Below are positions 37,268 to 42,818 of a stretch of 42,818 nt of DNA, piece after piece; positions within the stretch are counted from its first letter, which is position 1; each line of letters starts with the position of its first letter. Under the pieces are notes generated by a model, which made no database searches, was not told where the DNA came from, and saw only the letters and a program-made list of their open reading frames with translations. The translations under genes were made by a program, and so were the position numbers. The stretch spans positions 1 to 42,818 of the forward strand of contig JAFGOT010000024.1 of assembly GCA_016926395.1 (NCBI GenBank). The letters run 5' to 3'. The stretch comes from Candidatus Woesearchaeota archaeon (GTDB taxonomy: Archaea; Nanobdellota; Nanobdellia; Woesearchaeales; SKGA01).

Positions 37268-38107
37268 TTAACCATTACGTTTAAGCTGTCCTTTTTTCTT
37301 AGCAATTTTTTCTGCTCTTGAGAAAATAAACATTCCAAGTGGAATGAATATTACACCCATTAAAGCTAGCGGTACTAAGTGGCTAAGTCCAAGACTGCTA
37401 ATGCTTGCTCCTTCAATTAGTGCTTTACGCATTCCTTCAAGAGCATACGTTGCTGGACTTATTTTGGAGATTGCTTGCATCCATCCAGGCAAGATACTTA
37501 TTTCGTAGTAAATACCTGAAACAAGCATCATTAATGCACTGAATATTTGCAATGCTTGAGATCCTCTTTCTGGACTCATAAGTGGTGCAATTGAAGCAAT
37601 CATTCCAAGACCGATGAATGAAAATGCACTCACAATCAAAATAACAAATGCTGCTAAGATATTTGCATTTGAGATATTAATTGCGAAAAGCATAATCACA
37701 AAAGCTAGGACAATTGCTGTTCTTGCAATACCGTAAATCACTGCGAAAGTGGAATTTCCAAGCAAATGCACGATACGTTTTACTGGCGCCATGAAAGTAT
37801 ACTCAATAGTGCCTTCCCAACGTTCATAACCAATTTGATTACCAACTTCGTTGAAGATACTTGATAGGTATACCCACATAACTGAACCAATCAAAAGGAA
37901 TAACAATAAACTGTCAAACTTTTGACCTGTAGGATCCATGCTCGTCGCTAAAAAACCTATTGCTAATGCACTAACAGTGTGGTATATTAGGAAAACAATT
38001 TCCCATTCCCAATATCTTTTAGTTAGGTTTGAGTTTCGAACGATGAATGCACGCAGTTGACGCAGTACATTATATTTCTTGCAAGTCTCATTTTCATGAA
38101 CTCTCAT
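37268..38107 (-). CDS. ABC-2 type transporter permease
   Basis: ERWEGTIEYTFMAPVKR, SGIYYEISILP.W.Q.IS...P.TYALEGMR. Confidence 0.93.
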   Translation of the reverse strand: MRVHENETCKKYNVLRQLRAFIVRNSNLTKRYWEWEIVFLIYHTVSALAIGFLATSMDPTGQKFDSLLLFLLIGSVMWVYLSSIFNEVGNQIGYERWEGTIEYTFMAPVKRIVHLLGNSTFAVIYGIARTAIVLAFVIMLFAINISNANILAAFVILIVSAFSFIGLGMIASIAPLMSPERGSQALQIFSALMMLVSGIYYEISILPGWMQAISKISPATYALEGMRKALIEGASISSLGLSHLVPLALMGVIFIPLGMFIFSRAEKIAKKKGQLKRNG

Positions 38108-38130
38108 TTTAGTTTACCTTTTGTAGCAAT

Positions 38131-38328
38131 CTAGTTTCTTTCTACCTGTATGATTGCACTATTAGTCAAAACTTGAAATTTTACAAAACAAAATTTGTTG
38201 CGAAGAGTTGTTATTTTCTTTGAAAATAATTTTATTTGCTTTTTGAGATTATGCGAATATTTTTTCGCATTCAAAAAACAAATCTTTTTCTTCAAGGCAA
38301 CTAATTTGTTTGTTTTGTATTTTCTCAC
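38131..38328 (-). CDS. Small basic ORF between ATPase and permease (uncertain)
   Basis: GTG start overlaps the ATPase TGA; Lys-rich, no family recognised. Confidence 0.3.
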   Translation of the reverse strand: MRKYKTNKLVALKKKICFLNAKKYSHNLKKQIKLFSKKITTLRNKFCFVKFQVLTNSAIIQVERN

Positions 38329-39347
38329 TCAAGATGTTTGCCAGTTAATTTAACAAACACATCTTCCAGAGAGGGGAGGATTTTGACTAAACCGATAAAA
38401 CCAATGTCATTATTATCAAGCGCACCAATTATTTCACTTGCAACGCTATCAATACGTTTAGTTTTGAAAGTTAATCGGTTGTTCTTCTTTTCATCAACTT
38501 CTAGTTTGATTTCATTAACCTTAATCATTTTTTCAAGTAATGATTTTGACTTTTCAGGTTCTGTTGTTTGCAGTTCAAAGAGGTTGTTATCTGAATATTT
38601 TTGTTTTAATTCTTTAACACTACCTTGAGCAATAACAGCTCCGTCATTCATAATAACTAAATCATCGCAAAGTTTTTCAATTTCATCCATATCATGGCTA
38701 GTGATGATTATAGTTATGTCACGTTCTTTCATTACTTTTTTCACAAACCGAAGTACATCAATCTTGGATACTGGATCAAGACCTGTTGTTGGTTCGTCAA
38801 GCAAAATGATTTTTGGTTTGGCTAAAAATCCTCTAGCTATTGCAATCTTTTGTTGTTGACCTCGAGAAAGTTTTTCAACAGGAGAATCTTCAATAAAAGT
38901 ATTTGGAGTTGATGTCGAAGAACAACCATCTAGAGTAAAAGATTTCATTGGCAGAGTTAGCGTGGATGCTTCATTTTTTATGAAATTAACACCACTTGAA
39001 AATCTCGACTATGCTGCAGGTCTTTACGGACTTGACAAAGAGAAAGCAAAAACAGAAGCAGAAAAAATATTAAAAGAACTTGGTTTTCCACAAAGTAAAC
39101 AACCTGTATCTGGAAGGATTAAAGTTGTCATCATACGAATTAACGTTGATTTACCACAACCATTAGGTCCTAATATTCCAAAAACACTTTTATTTTTTAC
39201 AGTAAATGAAATATTTTTTACTGAATGGAATAACTTAGCTTTCTTTAAACCAAGACGCTGTGCTAATCCGTTTGTGTTTGCGTCAGTGAAATATTTGTTG
39301 ACGTCTTTAACGACCAATGCATACTCTTCATACTTGTCTACATTCAT
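38325..39347 (-). pseudogene. ABC-2 (DrrA-like) ATP-binding protein interrupted by an internal inversion
   Basis: Walker A part (GPNGCGKST) and signature/Walker B part (LSRGQQQK, LLDEPTTGLDP) lie on the - strand; the middle part is on the + strand. The span is 1023 nt, or 340 aa once re-inverted. Confidence 0.9.
38890..39101 (+). other. Inverted internal segment of the ABC ATPase gene
   Basis: + strand reads SIKVFGVDVEEQPSRVKDFIGRVSVDASFFMKLTPLENLDYAAGLYG...LGFPQSK, which is the missing middle of the gene. Confidence 0.9.
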
Positions 39348-39531
39348 TTTGTTTGTATTACGTGTTGATGTTTTGGACGGCAAGGTCACAAGCACACGAT
39401 TTGTCGTTGAATTTTACCAACCGATAAAGAACTGCACACAAAATTATTGTTCTTTATTTTTTTAGAAATAAATTGTAGAGTAATTTCTACAACTTATATC
39501 ATAATGATTCGTCTAGGTTAAACACCTAAAC

Positions 39532-39597
39532 TTAGAATAAAGCATAGGCGTATCTAGAAACGATATCAAGGCCACTGATTCTTGTTATTTGTTTCAT
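39532..39597 (-). CDS. Putative 21-aa leader/small peptide upstream of the ABC-2 operon
   Basis: MKQITRISGLDIVSRYAYALF with GGTGA SD and upstream TTTATAAA; followed by two hairpins. Confidence 0.4.
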   Translation of the reverse strand: MKQITRISGLDIVSRYAYALF

Positions 39598-39742
39598 AGT
39601 TTCACCATAAATTTGATTATGTGTATTTAGCTTGATACTTTTTATTTATAAAAATTAGTGTTCTAGAGAATATAGTTATTACTTGACGGTGACATATATT
39701 TATTATAGTTATCTTTAAAAAAACCCTTTCTTAACAAACTGT

Positions 39743-40159
39743 ATGCTTCCAAAAAAATTACAAGAAATAATTGACGATTTTTCAATATTAGATACTCAAG
39801 AAGAGAAATATGAAGCTTTAATTGAATTTGGCCAAGAGTTAGGTTCTTTTTCTGATGATCTAAAAACAGAGAAAAATATGATTGCGGGCTGTATGTCTGA
39901 AGTCTATATTGATGTTGAGGTTGAAAATAATGTGGTTCATTTGAAAGGATGGGCTAGTTCAGTTCTCGTAAAAGGTTTGATTTCTATTTTAGTGATTGGT
40001 CTTGATGGTTTGAGTGTTGATGAGGTGCTCTCTTTAACGCCAGAATTCATAAAAGAGACGGGAATAACGTCTAGTTTAACAACTTCTAGGGCGAATACTC
40101 CTTTAAATGTTCTAACAACAATTCAAAGCAGAGTAAAACGTCAAATTAAATCTAATTAG
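39743..40159 (+). CDS. sufE: SufE-family sulfur acceptor
   Basis: EKYEALIEFG..L...K.EKN.IAGCMSEVY...S.LVKGLI.IL. Confidence 0.9.
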   Translation: MLPKKLQEIIDDFSILDTQEEKYEALIEFGQELGSFSDDLKTEKNMIAGCMSEVYIDVEVENNVVHLKGWASSVLVKGLISILVIGLDGLSVDEVLSLTPEFIKETGITSSLTTSRANTPLNVLTTIQSRVKRQIKSN

Positions 40160-40227
40160 TTCTTATTTATCTTTAAATTGTTTTTTTGACCTATTTTTTC
40201 TTTAGGCACCAGTTAAAATATTGTTTA

Positions 40228-40256
40228 AATCAGTCTAAACTGTCTTTAGACTGGTT
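40228..40256. terminator. Hairpin between convergent genes
   Basis: CAGTCTAAA-CTGTC-TTTAGACTG perfect 9-bp stem. Confidence 0.45.
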
Positions 40257-40329
40257 AGAAATTGCCTTTTATAACTATAAATTGTTTCTAAAATCAGAAT
40301 TAAAAAAATAAAAAATTGAGAAGAAAGAT

Positions 40330-40491
40330 TTACTCTTCTTCTTCAGCAAATTTCTTAATTTCGTCTATATTTGACATAATTAGTTTTGCTTTCATTTTTC
40401 CAAAAGAAAAAGGCCACTTCCCTTCAGGGTCGTTATCATTGATTAATTTAATCATTTTGTTTCCTTTAAATTCGCCGAATTCTACTGCCAT
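40330..40491 (-). CDS. Conserved small protein, 53 aa (absent from ORF track)
   Basis: MAVEFGEFKGNKMIKLINDNDPEGKWPFSFGKMKAKLIMSNIDEIKKFAEEEE; AGGTG SD. The EFKG...PFSFG..KAKLI...I..IK.F pattern matches a small conserved family as I recall it. Confidence 0.8.
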   Translation of the reverse strand: MAVEFGEFKGNKMIKLINDNDPEGKWPFSFGKMKAKLIMSNIDEIKKFAEEEE

Positions 40492-40569
40492 AATAAATCA
40501 CACCTAAATTTTTGTGTATGTAATCAAGGGCCTTTTGTATCATATATAAAGTTTATTGTTAGTCAAAAT

Positions 40570-41028
40570 TCATATGCTTTCCAAAACAACAAGGGTTTGT
40601 GTTTTGTCCACTCCTTCAATATTACGAAGTTTGTTGATGATAAATTCATTTAGTTCTTGAACGCTTTTTGTTCGAACTTTTATTACGATGTCGGTGCCTC
40701 CAGTAACTATATCTACACTTTGTGCACCTATTTTTTTGATCGATTTAGCCACTTCTGATTGAGAAATTTTATTTTTACTTGTTGTGTTATAATTGACTTC
40801 GATAAGTATTATTGCAAGAATTGGTTTGTTAATTTTTTCATAATCTAGTTTTATTGTATATTGTTTGATAATCCCTTCGGATTCCATTCGTTTTATGCGA
40901 TTGTGGACTGTGGTAATTGGGATTGTTGTTTTTTTAGCAATTTGACTGTTGCTTAGTTTAGCGTTGTTTTCTAGCATTTCAAGAATTTTCCAATCTTTGT
41001 CATCCATAATGGTGGAATAATATTCCAT
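40570..41028 (-). CDS. Lrp/AsnC-family transcriptional regulator
   Basis: MDDKDWKIL..L..NAKLS..QIAK....TTVHNRIKRME..GII; divergent from asnB. Confidence 0.95.
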   Translation of the reverse strand: MEYYSTIMDDKDWKILEMLENNAKLSNSQIAKKTTIPITTVHNRIKRMESEGIIKQYTIKLDYEKINKPILAIILIEVNYNTTSKNKISQSEVAKSIKKIGAQSVDIVTGGTDIVIKVRTKSVQELNEFIINKLRNIEGVDKTQTLVVLESI

Positions 41029-41134
41029 ATTTTATAAATTTTGTGGTGTTTTTAGATTATTTTTCCAATTTTTATCGGATAAATTTATATTACTCGTTCG
41101 AAAATTGGATTGTTACCTTATGTGGTGATACAAT

Positions 41135-42754
41135 ATGTGCGGAATAATAAGTATATTTGACATTGTCGAAGATGTAGAAACTCTTCGAAAGCGAACCCTA
41201 AAAATGGCTAGAACTATATGTCATAAAGGGCCTGATTGGAGTGGTGTTTATGTCGATGAAGGTTGCGTGATGGCGCATGAACGTTTAGCTATTGTGGATC
41301 CTGAAAGTGGTTCACAACCATTGCATGATATAAAAAATCAACGAGTGCTGGCTGTAAACGGGGAAATATACGATCATAAAGAATTGCGAAAAAAATTAAC
41401 TAAGAAGCATGACTTTCAAACTAAATCTGATTGTGAAGTATTACTGTATTTGTATGATGAATTAGGTGTTTCGTTTTTAGATCATATTGATGGAATATTT
41501 GCATTCTCTCTTTATGATAAAAAAACAGGAGAAGTTTTTGTAGCAAGAGATCATATAGGAATAATACCTCTCTACATTGGATGGGATATTCATGGCCAAA
41601 CATACGTTGCAAGTGAACTAAAAGCACTTGATGGTGTTTGCGAAATAATAAAGGAATTTCCTCCAGGACATTATTATTTATCGAGCGAAAAAGAATTTGT
41701 TAGATGGTATAAACGTGATTGGATGGAAAAAATACCTGAAGAAAAAGTTGACTTAACAAAACTAAAAACTGAAATGGAAGAAGCAGTAAAACGTCAATTA
41801 ATGTCTGATGTTCCTTTTGGATTGTTGATATCTGGAGGTTTAGATTCTTCAGTGATTGCAGCAATTGCACAAAAATATAGTGATGAAAAACTTCATTCAT
41901 TTAGCATTGGTTTAGAAGGATCTCCTGATTTATTTTATGCAAAAAAAGTAGCTGACTATTTAGGAACAAAACATCACTCTATAACCTATACAATAGAAGA
42001 AGGTTTTGATGCTATAAGAGATGTTATTCGCCACATAGAAACGTTTGATGTAACAACAATTAGGGCTTCAACACCAATGTATTTGCTTGCAAGAAAAATA
42101 CGTTCTTATGGTATTAAGATGGTGCTAAGTGGTGAAGGTGCTGATGAGGTATTTGGGGGATATTTGTATTTTCATATGGCTCCTTCAAAAAAAGAGTTTC
42201 ACGAAGAAACTGTTAGGAAATTGTTGGCTTTATCAAAATATGATTGCTTAAGAGCAAACAAATCTTTAGCGGCATGGGGAATAGAAGGAAGAGTTCCTTT
42301 TTTGGACAAATATTTTTTAGACTATGCAATGTCGATTGATCCTGAAGATAAAATGTGTTCAAAAATGAAAAAAGAAAAATGGATTGTTCGAGAAGCACTA
42401 AAAAGTTATTTGCCTGAAGAAATTATTTGGCGACAAAAAGAACAATTCAGTGATGGGGTTGGGTATGGTTGGATAGATTATCTAAAAGATTATGCTGAAA
42501 AAACAGTGAGTGATGAAATGCTAAAAAAAGCAAAATTCAAATTCCCTGTGAAAACACCTCTTTCAAAAGAAGAATATGTTTACAGAACAATATTTGAAGA
42601 AACATTTGCAAGTCCTTCTGCGGTTGAGACTGTTCCTGTTGGTCCGAGTGTTGCCTGTTCAACACCAACAGCAATTGCTTGGTCAAAACAGTTTGAAAAG
42701 GCAGACCCTTCAGGACGAGCAGTTCGAATGGTTCATGAACACGCTGTAAAATAG
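41135..42754 (+). CDS. asnB: Asparagine synthase B (glutamine-hydrolysing)
   Basis: N-terminal MCGI, HERLAIVD, VNGEIY, ARDHIGIIPLY, SGGLDSS, SGEGADE.FGGY, RQKEQFSDGVG. Confidence 0.97.
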   Translation: MCGIISIFDIVEDVETLRKRTLKMARTICHKGPDWSGVYVDEGCVMAHERLAIVDPESGSQPLHDIKNQRVLAVNGEIYDHKELRKKLTKKHDFQTKSDCEVLLYLYDELGVSFLDHIDGIFAFSLYDKKTGEVFVARDHIGIIPLYIGWDIHGQTYVASELKALDGVCEIIKEFPPGHYYLSSEKEFVRWYKRDWMEKIPEEKVDLTKLKTEMEEAVKRQLMSDVPFGLLISGGLDSSVIAAIAQKYSDEKLHSFSIGLEGSPDLFYAKKVADYLGTKHHSITYTIEEGFDAIRDVIRHIETFDVTTIRASTPMYLLARKIRSYGIKMVLSGEGADEVFGGYLYFHMAPSKKEFHEETVRKLLALSKYDCLRANKSLAAWGIEGRVPFLDKYFLDYAMSIDPEDKMCSKMKKEKWIVREALKSYLPEEIIWRQKEQFSDGVGYGWIDYLKDYAEKTVSDEMLKKAKFKFPVKTPLSKEEYVYRTIFEETFASPSAVETVPVGPSVACSTPTAIAWSKQFEKADPSGRAVRMVHEHAVK

Positions 42755-42818
42755 TTTTTATTTTTTTTATTTTTCTTATTCTATTTGTTGTAGCTTTTAA
42801 AACTACATTCATTAAAAT

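Noticed and set aside
38962-39465. 167-aa + strand ORF as an independent gene
   Set aside because: Its first ~47 residues are the inverted ATPase segment and the rest is antisense to the ATPase N-terminus.
40316-40507. 63-aa + strand ORF
   Set aside because: Shadow of the better supported 53-aa - strand gene.
1-42818. CRISPR array, tRNA or rRNA genes
   Set aside because: I saw no regularly spaced repeats, cloverleaf or rRNA signatures by eye. tRNAscan-SE or Infernal would be decisive.
1-42818. Genome-wide stop-codon reassignment
   Set aside because: Conserved genes end normally at TAA, TAG and TGA; only one in-frame TAG case was found.

Overview
AT-rich (~30% GC by eye) archaeal DNA, most likely a DPANN genome of Woesearchaeota/Pacearchaeota type. 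This is inferred from GAGGTG/GGTGA Shine-Dalgarno motifs, TATA-box leaderless starts, oligo-T terminators and TrmB, Lrp/AsnC, AbrB-PhoU and RHH regulators. 1-2940 is the end of an integrated element: HTH_40-like protein, two catalytic-domain-only tyrosine recombinases (one with a SHOCT tail), a PD-(D/E)xK-like nuclease, a ParB-like HTH and a dif-like site. 3-14.5 kb holds stress, repair and housekeeping genes (GNATs, YkgJ, short topoisomerase IB, DEAD helicase, J-domain, YbjQ, NUDIX, uvrB), plus an orphan gene framed by inverted repeats and an attC-like fold-back. 14.5-23.3 kb is an orphan-rich surface/signalling island (SPOR protein, beta-barrel-like secreted proteins, lipoproteins, membrane Ser/Thr kinase split by one TAG). 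23.5-33.4 kb has an ABC exporter, nucleotide-sugar dehydrogenase, bcp, an HTH-PAS regulator, sufB-sufD-sufS-sufC, sod and DUF2284. 33.3-42.8 kb has TrmB, HAD, phosphotransferase, an A14-frameshifted MFS, an ABC-2 system whose ATPase gene carries a clean ~212 bp internal inversion, sufE, Lrp/AsnC and asnB. I saw no rRNA, tRNA or CRISPR array. All family assignments come from motif recognition by eye, without database searches.
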